From Candidatus Bipolaricaulota bacterium (GTDB lineage Bacteria; Bipolaricaulota; Bipolaricaulia; UBA7950; UBA9294), in NCBI GenBank assembly GCA_040752575.1, contig JBFMGK010000027.1, positions 90,360 through 154,359 on the forward strand: a stretch of 64,000 bases of DNA, written 5' to 3'. Below are positions 56,258 through 64,000 of the stretch, one piece after another. The position numbers were made by a program, and so were the translations under genes. A model generated the notes under the pieces. That model had not been told where the DNA came from. It saw only the letters and a list, made by a program, of their open reading frames with translations, and did no database searches. Each line of letters opens with the position of its first letter. The stretch's first letter is position 1.

Positions 56258-59091
56258 TCGACGCGGAGTTCGAGCGCGCGAGGCGGAAGGCGTCATTGCA
56301 TAGGATCCTGTCGTTCATCCAGGGCAAACCGTCATTCCTACTGCCGTTTGACGTCGTGCGGGATGCGGTCGACGTCCGGTCGACGTTCTACGCAGGGATC
56401 CGCGAGATCGACCTCGCGAAGGTCGTCGGAAGTGTCAACCGCTACCGCGACTTCGACCGGGAGTTCCTGCCCACGAGGGATGATTCGGCGGAACGATGGG
56501 CGAACGTCCACAGGACGTTCGAAGAGGGTCCCGGCTTCGCTCCCATTCGCGTCTACCAGGTCGGAGATGCGTACTTCGTCCTCGACGGCAACCATCGTGT
56601 ATCGGTCGCGAGGCAGATGGGGCTCAAGACGATCGAGGCCGAAGTGACGGTCCTCGAGTCGCGGGTTCCGTTCGACGGCCGCGTCCAGGCCGACGACATT
56701 CCCGTGAAGGCCGGATACGCAGCGTTTCTTCGCCGGACGCACCTCGACGAGAGCCGGCGGGAGCAGCGGATCGAACTCACGTTGCCCGGCGGATACGCCG
56801 TGCTGCTCGAGCACATCGCCGTACACCAGTACTACCTTGGCCTGCGGGAGCGACGAGATGTGTCGTACGAGGAGGCGGCGGCGTCCTGGTACGATCACCT
56901 CTACCAGCCACTTGCCCGAATTCTCCGCGAAGAGGACCTGTTGCGTTCCTTCCCGGGTCGCACCGAGGCCGACCTCTACGTCTGGATCGCCGAACACCTG
57001 TACTACCTGCGCGAGGAGTTCGGCGATGACGTGCGACTGGACACGGCCGCACGCGATTATGTGGAGATGAGACGAACCCCGATCTGGGCGAAGCTTGTGG
57101 CGGAATGGGAGGGGAAGATGCGACACGGAGAAGGCGGACGTGCGCCGTGGAGACCCCTGGGGCGCGAGACGCGGGAGCTTCGGCGCGTCGCCGCGCGGTT
57201 GGACCATCTGCGGCGGCAGGGCGACGACCAGCGCTACCGCGTTCCGCGCCGCTGGGTGGACCCGGCCGATGCGAGCGGCGACGTGATGGAAGCGTCCGCT
57301 GTGCGGTTCTGGCGCGACGCGGTGGACAGGGTCTTGCGCGCCCCCCGAGAGGATCTTCCCGAGGGGGCGGGGGGCTCATGGACGACCCGATCGACGATAT
57401 ACAACCTGTTCGTGCGAAGTGGATGTGCGTTCGACCACGACGGCGACGGCGTGATCCGCGCCGAGGGAGCGCGTCGGGAAACCGGGACGTTCCTGAAGGC
57501 CATCGCGTTGCTTCCGTACCTGCGCAGTCTCGGCTGCGACGTCGTCCATCTTCTCCCCATTGCGTCGATTGGCGCCGACGGCCGAAAAGGGGATCTGGGG
57601 TCGCCGTACGCGATTCGCGATCCCTATGCTCTCGACGAGAACCTCGCCGAGCCTCTGCTCGGTCTGGGTGTGGACGCGGAGTTTCGCGCGTTTGTGGAAG
57701 CCGCGCACCATCTCGGGATACGCGTCGTGACGGAATTCGTGTTCCGAACGGCGGCCAAGGATGCGGCGTGGGCGGAACAGCATCCCGAGTGGTTCTACTG
57801 GATCTCGGCCGACGTCCACGATCGCCCCGCAGGTAGTGTCGATGAGGCCCGATACGGGAACCCCGTGTTCACGCCCGAGGAACTCCAGCGGCTTCGGGAT
57901 GCCGTGGCCAAAGAGGAATACGACGACCTTGTGCCGCCGCACGCGAGCTATCGGGCGATGTTCTTGCCCGTGCCGCGTCGTGAAGACGTCGCGAGGCGGA
58001 AAGGGAGAATTGAAGCGGTGAGCCCTCAGGGTGCCAAGGCGAGGGTTCCCGGGGCGTTCGCCGATTGGCCGCCGGACGATACGCAGCCTCCGTGGAGCGA
58101 CGTCACCTACCTGCGCCTCTACGACCATCCCGACTTCAACTACATCGCGTACAACACGGTCCGGATGTACGACGCGCGGCTTGCCCGGGCGGAACACGCC
58201 GTGGTTCCACTCTGGGACAAGATCGTCGGCATCCTCCCTCATTACATCAGGACCTTTGGCATCGACGGCGCGATGGTCGATATGGGACACGCTCTTCCGC
58301 TGGACCTCAAGCGCCGAATCATCACGGAAGCGCGGGCCGCGAAGCCGGATTTCGCCTTCTGGGACGAAGACTTCTCGCTCCGCCGAGCCTCGCGCGACGA
58401 GGGGTACAACGCGGCGATGGGGAGTCTGTGGTGGACGCTGCACCGCGCGGAGGAACTCACGCAGCACGTCCTTCCGGGCTTGGCGCGCGAGGCTTCGCCG
58501 CTGCCGTTCTTCGCGACGCCCGAGACCCACAATACGCCTCGCTGTGCTTCTCGGTTCGGGGGGCGGGAGCGTTCCCGCGCCTCGTGGGCCGTTGCCGCCT
58601 TTCTCCCTGGCGTTCCGTTTGTCCACGGCGGGTTCGAACTCGGCGAGGTTCATCCTGTGAATACCGGGCTTGACTTCCCTCCCGACGCCGCGGCCACGTA
58701 CCCAGCGGAGGGGCTTCCCCTCTATGCCGCGCGCGCCTATGATTGGGCCGCCTCCGGCGACATCACGGCGGTACTCCGTCGTTGTCTCGAGATTCGTGCA
58801 GAGTTTCTCGACGTGATCTGCGACCCGTCTCCGGCCTCCCTTTCGGTGCTTTCGGCCGCTGAAGGTGCGGTGGCGTATGAGCGACGTGGCGACGGAGGGC
58901 GAGTGGCCGTTGCGGCGAACCTCTCGGCTGCACCGACGCGCGTGCGGCTCTCAGGGTTGTCGTTCGGCGACGGAGAGTGCATCGATCGGCTCGGAGGCCG
59001 GCGGGTTGTCGTCATCGGCGGCGATGCCTCGCTCGATCTGGCGCCGTGGGAGGCGATCGTGATGAGCGAACGCACGGCGCGATCGTCCTAG
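56254..59091 (+). CDS. Fusion protein: ParB/Srx-like domain + DUF4032-like helical repeats + GH13 maltosyltransferase-like domain (~945 aa)
   Basis: TTG start overlaps the upstream TGA; PIRVYQVGDAYFVLDGNHRVSVAR; two H..YL..(V/L)..AA..(W/Y) repeats; GTFLKAIALLPYL, GSPYA, FGIDGAMVDMGHALP, ETHNTPR. Confidence 0.8.
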   Translation: MIDAEFERARRKASLHRILSFIQGKPSFLLPFDVVRDAVDVRSTFYAGIREIDLAKVVGSVNRYRDFDREFLPTRDDSAERWANVHRTFEEGPGFAPIRVYQVGDAYFVLDGNHRVSVARQMGLKTIEAEVTVLESRVPFDGRVQADDIPVKAGYAAFLRRTHLDESRREQRIELTLPGGYAVLLEHIAVHQYYLGLRERRDVSYEEAAASWYDHLYQPLARILREEDLLRSFPGRTEADLYVWIAEHLYYLREEFGDDVRLDTAARDYVEMRRTPIWAKLVAEWEGKMRHGEGGRAPWRPLGRETRELRRVAARLDHLRRQGDDQRYRVPRRWVDPADASGDVMEASAVRFWRDAVDRVLRAPREDLPEGAGGSWTTRSTIYNLFVRSGCAFDHDGDGVIRAEGARRETGTFLKAIALLPYLRSLGCDVVHLLPIASIGADGRKGDLGSPYAIRDPYALDENLAEPLLGLGVDAEFRAFVEAAHHLGIRVVTEFVFRTAAKDAAWAEQHPEWFYWISADVHDRPAGSVDEARYGNPVFTPEELQRLRDAVAKEEYDDLVPPHASYRAMFLPVPRREDVARRKGRIEAVSPQGAKARVPGAFADWPPDDTQPPWSDVTYLRLYDHPDFNYIAYNTVRMYDARLARAEHAVVPLWDKIVGILPHYIRTFGIDGAMVDMGHALPLDLKRRIITEARAAKPDFAFWDEDFSLRRASRDEGYNAAMGSLWWTLHRAEELTQHVLPGLAREASPLPFFATPETHNTPRCASRFGGRERSRASWAVAAFLPGVPFVHGGFELGEVHPVNTGLDFPPDAAATYPAEGLPLYAARAYDWAASGDITAVLRRCLEIRAEFLDVICDPSPASLSVLSAAEGAVAYERRGDGGRVAVAANLSAAPTRVRLSGLSFGDGECIDRLGGRRVVVIGGDASLDLAPWEAIVMSERTARSS

Positions 59092-59627
59092 CTGGCGGCG
59101 GCGAACCCCTCTTCGAGCGCCTTTTCATTGACCGCGATCAACTTGTCCTTGCCGCTGCTCTGGAGAGCGGCCGCCATCGCGGCCTTGATGCGTTCAAGAG
59201 AGACGATGCCGGTGGCTCGAGCGTAGGCGCCCAAGGCAACCATGTTCCCTGTGCGCGCGTTGCCGGCACGAAGGGCGAGATCGTTGATCGGAAGCGCGAA
59301 CGAGGCGAGGTCGGTCCGCCTCACGGGACGCTCGATGAGCGATCGGTTCACGATCAACACGCCGCCCTTTGCGACGACGGACTCGAACTTCTCGAGTGAG
59401 GGGAGGTTCATCGCAATGACGGCGGTGGGCTCGTCGACGATCGGCGAACCGACCGGAGCATCGGAGAGGACGACCGTGCAATTGGCCGTTCCGCCCCGCA
59501 TTTCCGGGCCGTACGAGGGGAGCCACGTGACCTCGAGTCCGCTGTCCATCCCCGCTTGGGCAAGGATCTTGCCGGCGAGGATGACGCCCTGACCGCCAAA
59601 CCCGGCGATGACGACTGACGATTCCAT
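59088..59627 (-). CDS. 2-oxoacid:ferredoxin oxidoreductase gamma subunit
   Basis: AGFGGQG, PSYGPEMRGGTANC, NMVALGA. Confidence 0.93.
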   Translation of the reverse strand: MESSVVIAGFGGQGVILAGKILAQAGMDSGLEVTWLPSYGPEMRGGTANCTVVLSDAPVGSPIVDEPTAVIAMNLPSLEKFESVVAKGGVLIVNRSLIERPVRRTDLASFALPINDLALRAGNARTGNMVALGAYARATGIVSLERIKAAMAAALQSSGKDKLIAVNEKALEEGFAAAS

Positions 59628-59633
59628 CGTCGA

Positions 59634-60392
59634 CTACCCCCTGTTCACGAGGTCGCCGAGCGGGAAGACCTTCGTAACCACCTCGGCGACGTGGCGATTG
59701 GATTCCACAGGTGTCATGTGCCAGTTCGTCGGGCACGTGGAGAGGATCTCGACGAGCGAGTACCCCTTGCCTTCGACCTGATTCTGGAAGGCCTTTCTGA
59801 TCGCTTGAGTGCAATCGAGGATGCGGCGCGTGTCGTAGAGAGCTTGGCGGGTCACATACACCGGTGCGTCAAGCTGCGCGATGATCTCGGAGAAACGAAT
59901 CGGATACCCGCACGTCTTCGGATCGCGTCCGTCCGGCGACGTAATGGTCTTCTGTGCGACCAGCGTGGTGGGGGCCATCTCGCCGCCCGTCATCCCGTAG
60001 ATCTGGTTGTTGACGAAGATGACGGTGATGTTCTCGCCCCGATTGGCGGCATGGATCGATTCCGCCGTACCGATGCTCGCGAAGTCGCCGTCGCCCTGAT
60101 AGGAAAAGACGACGAGATCCGGGCGCGCACGTTTGACGCCCGTGGCGACCGCGCTGGCGCGGCCATGGGCTACCTGAAGGGCATCGCAGCGGTACCAGAG
60201 GTAGGCGAAGACGGAGCAGCCTACGGGGGCGATGCCGACCGTACGCTCCTGAATGCCGAGCTCGTCAAGGACCTGCCCGATGATCCGCGTGATGATGCCG
60301 TGGTGACAGCCCGGACAATACGTGAAACGGACGTCGGTAAGGCTTTTGGGGCGCGAGAAGACCGTCACCGTCTTGGCCGTGTCAGTGGGCAT
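59634..60392 (-). CDS. 2-oxoacid:ferredoxin oxidoreductase beta (TPP-binding) subunit
   Basis: YCPGCHHG, PVGC, HGRA, YQGDGD, NNQIYGMTGG, CPTNW. Confidence 0.93.
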   Translation of the reverse strand: MPTDTAKTVTVFSRPKSLTDVRFTYCPGCHHGIITRIIGQVLDELGIQERTVGIAPVGCSVFAYLWYRCDALQVAHGRASAVATGVKRARPDLVVFSYQGDGDFASIGTAESIHAANRGENITVIFVNNQIYGMTGGEMAPTTLVAQKTITSPDGRDPKTCGYPIRFSEIIAQLDAPVYVTRQALYDTRRILDCTQAIRKAFQNQVEGKGYSLVEILSTCPTNWHMTPVESNRHVAEVVTKVFPLGDLVNRG

Positions 60393-61437
60393 GCTTCCTC
60401 ACCTCGCTCAGGATCTCTCGGGGCGTCGGGACGACGCCGCCCATCTCGCCATAGAACGGAGTGCCCGCCCGCTCAGCGACGGCGAGTCTCACGTCCTCCC
60501 ACATCTGCCCGGCGCTCATCTCGACGGTCAGCACCGTGCGAACGCGTCCGGCGAGCTCGCGCAGTGCATCGTACGGGAACGGCCAGAGCGTGATCGGGCG
60601 GAACAGCCCGACGCGAAGTCCCTCGTCCCGCGCCATGCGCACGACCGTCTTGGCGATTCGCGCGATCGTGCCGTAGGCGACGACGACGAGATCTGCGTCG
60701 TCGACGTCGGCGGTCTCGTAGCGAATCTCGGCGGCCCGGATGGCATCGTACTTTGCCTGCAGCTCCAGGTTCATCCTCTTCAGGTTCTCCGGGGCGAGGT
60801 CGAAGCTCAGGACGATGTTCGGATCGCGGCCGCGGGCTCCCGTCGTCGCCCAGGGCTTCTCCGGCAGCGTGGCGGGGTCGATCGGCTCCGGAAGCTCGAC
60901 CGCCTCCATCATCTGTCCGAGAAGCCCGTCGGCAAGGATCATTACGGGCGTGCGGTAGCGATCGGCCAGCTCGAAGGCGAGTGCGGTGAGTTCTCCGGCC
61001 TCGGGAACGGTCGACGGGCCGAGGACGATCATGTGGTAGTCGCCATGCCCGCCGCCCTTGGTCGCCTGGAAGTAGTCGCTCTGCGCAGGCGCGATGTTAC
61101 CAAGCCCCGGGCCACCCCGTACGACGTTGACGATGACGGCCGGGAGATTCGAGCCGGCGATGTACGAGATCCCTTCGAGTTTGAGGCTGATCCCCGGCGA
61201 AGACGAGGAGGTCATCGTCCGCACGCCCGCGGCGGACGCCCCGTACACCATGTTGATCGCCGCGACTTCGCTCTCCGCCTGGATAAACGTGCGGCCGAGA
61301 GCGGGCATCCGGCGAGCCATGTGCTCAACGAGCTCGCCTTGGGGCGTGATCGGGTACGCGAAGTAGCACTGACAGCCGGCGCGGATGGCCGCCTCGGCGA
61401 TGACTTCGTTGCCGCGTAGTAGCAGCCGGTCAGACAT
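60382..61437 (-). CDS. 2-oxoacid:ferredoxin oxidoreductase alpha subunit (VOR-like)
   Basis: GNEVIAEAAI, YPITPQ, QAESEVAA, SSSPGISL, RGGPGLGNI, GGGHGDY. Confidence 0.93.
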   Translation of the reverse strand: MSDRLLLRGNEVIAEAAIRAGCQCYFAYPITPQGELVEHMARRMPALGRTFIQAESEVAAINMVYGASAAGVRTMTSSSSPGISLKLEGISYIAGSNLPAVIVNVVRGGPGLGNIAPAQSDYFQATKGGGHGDYHMIVLGPSTVPEAGELTALAFELADRYRTPVMILADGLLGQMMEAVELPEPIDPATLPEKPWATTGARGRDPNIVLSFDLAPENLKRMNLELQAKYDAIRAAEIRYETADVDDADLVVVAYGTIARIAKTVVRMARDEGLRVGLFRPITLWPFPYDALRELAGRVRTVLTVEMSAGQMWEDVRLAVAERAGTPFYGEMGGVVPTPREILSEVRKHAH

Positions 61438-61446
61438 GTCGTCTCC

Positions 61447-61671
61447 TTACGCCGAGGGTTTCTCGCGGTAGACGGCCAACGCGATGTCCGGACACGTGAG
61501 GGCGCAGAATGCGCAGCCGACACAGCTTTCGGGTTTCGCGACGCATACGGTGTCGTATCCGCTCTGGTTCAGGGTTCCCGAGAGCGCGAGCACGTGCTGC
61601 GGGCAAGCCGCAATGCACAGCCCGCATCCCTTGCACCGCTCGACGTCGACGACGACCAGACCGCGCGCCAT
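61447..61671 (-). CDS. 2x[4Fe-4S] ferredoxin-like delta subunit
   Basis: CKGCGLC...CP and CVGCAFC...CPD. Confidence 0.92.
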   Translation of the reverse strand: MARGLVVVDVERCKGCGLCIAACPQHVLALSGTLNQSGYDTVCVAKPESCVGCAFCALTCPDIALAVYREKPSA

Positions 61672-61705
61672 TCGACCTCCTCTTGTCTCTTGCGTCCGCG
61701 CCGTG

Positions 61706-62161
61706 CTACGAGTCTCGTGGACGATGCCCGCCCGGGGCGGGATCTACAGCCCTCTTGCCGCGGCGCTTTCGGGCGCGCGCAATCGCGCTGCCCGCTCGGG
61801 CGACCCAATCGCGCACGCCGTCCTCGTGGGACGAGAGGCGCGGCACATCCGCTTCGCGCCGAAGAGACGTTCCCCGGCGATCGGCAAGAACCTGGTGGAG
61901 CCTGTCGAACTCCTGATCGAAGGCCGCTACGCTGTCCGCGTCGGCGCCCCGTCCAACCCTAAGAGGGGCCACGAGACTGCGGCCATCGGCGGCGCGCCCT
62001 TCCAGGACGAACTCACCGCGATATCCGACGGGCGCGTCAAAGCCCGGGCAAGGACGAAGCGTTGCGACCTCATCGGAGTCGAGACGCACCTCGGGCCCGG
62101 CTTCTCCCGCGACGATTTCGCCGAAGAGGGTTACGCGGTCATTCCAGCGCCGCTCATCCAC
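61706..62161 (-). CDS. Hypothetical protein (~151 aa)
   Basis: Fills the gap between rpmB and the ferredoxin gene on the same strand; GTG start with GAGG upstream; protein-like composition. Confidence 0.5.
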   Translation of the reverse strand: MDERRWNDRVTLFGEIVAGEAGPEVRLDSDEVATLRPCPGFDAPVGYRGEFVLEGRAADGRSLVAPLRVGRGADADSVAAFDQEFDRLHQVLADRRGTSLRREADVPRLSSHEDGVRDWVARAGSAIARARKRRGKRAVDPAPGGHRPRDS

Positions 62162-62175
62162 GCGGGAGACCTCGG

Positions 62176-62367
62176 CTACGATGCCTTGACTACGCGACCG
62201 GACTTGATGCACTGCGTGCAGACCCGCACCCATGCACGGCGTCCGTCGACCACAGCGTGGATGCGCTGCAGATTCGGTGCCTGGACACGGCGGGTGTGTC
62301 GCATCGAGTGGCTCACCATGTTCGCGGTGAGCGGCCGCTTCCCGCACACGCTACAGACCTTGGACAT
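62176..62367 (-). CDS. rpmB: 50S ribosomal protein L28 (zinc-ribbon form)
   Basis: MSKVCSVCGK..NMVSHS..HTRR...PNLQ..VCTQCIKSG. Confidence 0.95.
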   Translation of the reverse strand: MSKVCSVCGKRPLTANMVSHSMRHTRRVQAPNLQRIHAVVDGRRAWVRVCTQCIKSGRVVKAS

Positions 62368-62385
62368 CCCGGTTCACCTCGTTCT

Positions 62386-63054
62386 TTACCTTCCCACGGC
62401 CCCGAGCAGGGGCTCCGTGTACAGCGGTTCAAGCTCGCACAGATTGCTGTCGCGCAGTTCAAGTCCCAGGCGGGCGACGGCAAGGGCCGACGGAGACAGA
62501 GCCTCCGGCCGACCGAGGCGGACCCGCTCCGGAACCGCGACAGCCCCGACCGCTCGAACCGCCCCGCTCCCCACGACCAGCACGGGACGTTCGTCGTGCA
62601 CCAGACGCTCCACGAGATCTGCCTCGCGGAGCGCCAGGGTTGCCGTGGTCGGCTTCATGCCTGCGTACCAGCGAGCGTACACCATATCGTGTCGGCTCGC
62701 GATGACAACGCACACGCGATGGGCTTCGGCTCCCGCCTGGTGGCGATACGCCTGCGTCCCCTCGACTCCCCGCAACGGCACGCCCAACGCCTGGCACAGG
62801 CCCTTGGCGGTCGCCAAACCGATGCGTAGGCCGGTAAACGAACCCGGCCCCAGGTTGACGCAGACGGCCCCCACGTCCTGGACGCTGAGGCCCGTCTCGG
62901 CGAGCGACTCGCTGACCGTCGGGAGAAGGCACTCGGCGTGACGCAGAGGCTCGGCGAGGGCTCGCTCGACGGCAAGACCCGCCCCGTCGACCAGAGCCAC
63001 GCTGCCGCGCGACTCCGACGTATCGATTCCGACGACGAGCATGCCAAGGGGCAT
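62386..63054 (-). CDS. tsaB: tRNA threonylcarbamoyladenosine biosynthesis protein
   Basis: GIDTS, GPGSFTGLRIG...AKGL, LEPLY. Confidence 0.92.
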   Translation of the reverse strand: MPLGMLVVGIDTSESRGSVALVDGAGLAVERALAEPLRHAECLLPTVSESLAETGLSVQDVGAVCVNLGPGSFTGLRIGLATAKGLCQALGVPLRGVEGTQAYRHQAGAEAHRVCVVIASRHDMVYARWYAGMKPTTATLALREADLVERLVHDERPVLVVGSGAVRAVGAVAVPERVRLGRPEALSPSALAVARLGLELRDSNLCELEPLYTEPLLGAVGR

Positions 63055-63077
63055 GGTAGGCTAGTGCGGGCATGGTT

Positions 63078-63995
63078 TCAACCGACCCAGAGAGCCTCCG
63101 ACGGAGGAAAGAGGTCAACGTTCGCGGCGACGGCATCCACGTCGGCGGCGATCGCACGGCGCAGCTCTTCCAGGGACGGGAAGGGGCGGTCTCCGCGGAT
63201 CCTTGTCAGAAGCTGAACCTCCAATCGCCGATTCCTCAGGTCGGTGACGGGGCGGCGCAAGAGGTGGGCTTCAACTCGTTGGGGAGAGTCCTCGAGCGTA
63301 GGGCGGCTGCCGATGTAGACGAGGCTTGCTGTCGCCCCTGGGGAGGGGGCGGCAAAGGCCCACGCCGCGTAGACGCCGTCCGCCGGCAGCAGAACGGCCG
63401 GACTCACGTCCAGGTTGGCCGTAGGGAAGCCGAGCTGCTCCCCCAGGCCGTCACCTCGGACCACCGTGCCGAGCAGGACGGGCGGTCGACCGAGAAGGCG
63501 GCGCGCCTCCTCGACGGCTCCCGCCCGCACGAGGGCGCGGATGCGCGTTGAGCTTACGGGAAGGCCGTCTACGTAGACAGGATCGACGACGACCACGTCC
63601 ACGCCGTGCGACGTCGCTTCGCCACGCAACGTCTCGACCACTCCGCGACGCTCGTGACCGAAGCGAAAGTCATAACCCACGACGACGGCCGACGCAGCCA
63701 GGCGGTTCACGATCTCGCGTTCGACGAACTCGTGCGGCGTCAGGAGGCGAAGATGGGCGAAGGTCCCCTCGACGACGCGGTCGGCCGATCGCGAGAGGAG
63801 CGATCTCCTGGCGTCGGGCGGCAGGAGAAGGGCCGGTGGGCCGCCAGCGATCGCCGCGCGGGGCGAAACATCGAAGGTATAGGCCACCGAGGCGGCGCCG
63901 CGTCGAGACGCTTCACGGCGCGCGGCGGCGAGGACCGCCGCGTGGCCGATGTGCACGCCGTCGAACATCCCGACAGCAACCACCGAAGACTGCAT
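63078..63995 (-). CDS. ribF: Bifunctional riboflavin kinase/FAD synthetase (start at the window edge, may extend)
   Basis: GMFDGVHIGH, VGYDFRFG, VSSTRIR, LGFPTANL, GVYA, GSRPT, VEAHL. Confidence 0.95.
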   Translation of the reverse strand: MQSSVVAVGMFDGVHIGHAAVLAAARREASRRGAASVAYTFDVSPRAAIAGGPPALLLPPDARRSLLSRSADRVVEGTFAHLRLLTPHEFVEREIVNRLAASAVVVGYDFRFGHERRGVVETLRGEATSHGVDVVVVDPVYVDGLPVSSTRIRALVRAGAVEEARRLLGRPPVLLGTVVRGDGLGEQLGFPTANLDVSPAVLLPADGVYAAWAFAAPSPGATASLVYIGSRPTLEDSPQRVEAHLLRRPVTDLRNRRLEVQLLTRIRGDRPFPSLEELRRAIAADVDAVAANVDLFPPSEALWVG

Positions 63996-64000
63996 GCAAT

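Noticed and set aside
56254-56660. Chromosome-partitioning ParB or a Dnd/defence gene
   Set aside because: No parA, no recognisable HTH, no parS seen; the context is sugar metabolism
61484-62941. 485-aa plus-strand ORF
   Set aside because: Antisense to the ferredoxin gene, rpmB and tsaB; low-complexity Arg/Ser/Ala composition

Overview
A high-GC (about two-thirds G+C by eye), gene-dense bacterial chromosome segment with no rRNA, tRNA, CRISPR array, transposase or phage gene that I can recognise. The gene set and a Cys-containing outer-membrane-like beta-barrel suggest an anaerobic, diderm sugar fermenter, possibly Ca. Bipolaricaulota; this is an inference, not a verified assignment. In order, the window holds: (1) a structured leader, a ~1,890-aa secreted Ig-repeat protein and a translationally coupled beta-barrel partner; (2) a msmX-glk-pgi-gnd-zwf-pgl cluster; (3) a LolD/permease/permease/LolA-like ABC cluster with DUF523-DUF1722; (4) an aldo/keto reductase, guaA, a CHASE4-HAMP-PAS-GGDEF cyclase, an isoprenoid-synthase-fold protein, a Ser/Thr dehydratase and orn; (5) acs with an OFA-type MFS transporter, a lytic transglycosylase, and DUF502-accD-accA with a HycI-like protease; (6) tkt, fba, a galT-like gene and glgA; (7) a ROK-controlled maltodextrin operon (unknown GH-D-like protein, GH57, malEFG, two GH13); (8) a divergent metallophosphoesterase and a ParB-like/DUF4032-like-maltosyltransferase fusion; (9) a 2-oxoacid:ferredoxin oxidoreductase cluster, rpmB, tsaB and ribF. 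The two best candidates for undescribed systems are the phosphoesterase + ParB/DUF4032-GH13 module (55616-59091) and the giant surface protein + cognate barrel pair, which share a domain and include a T9SS-CTD-like tail (260-7419). All family assignments come from reading motifs by eye; no database search was run.
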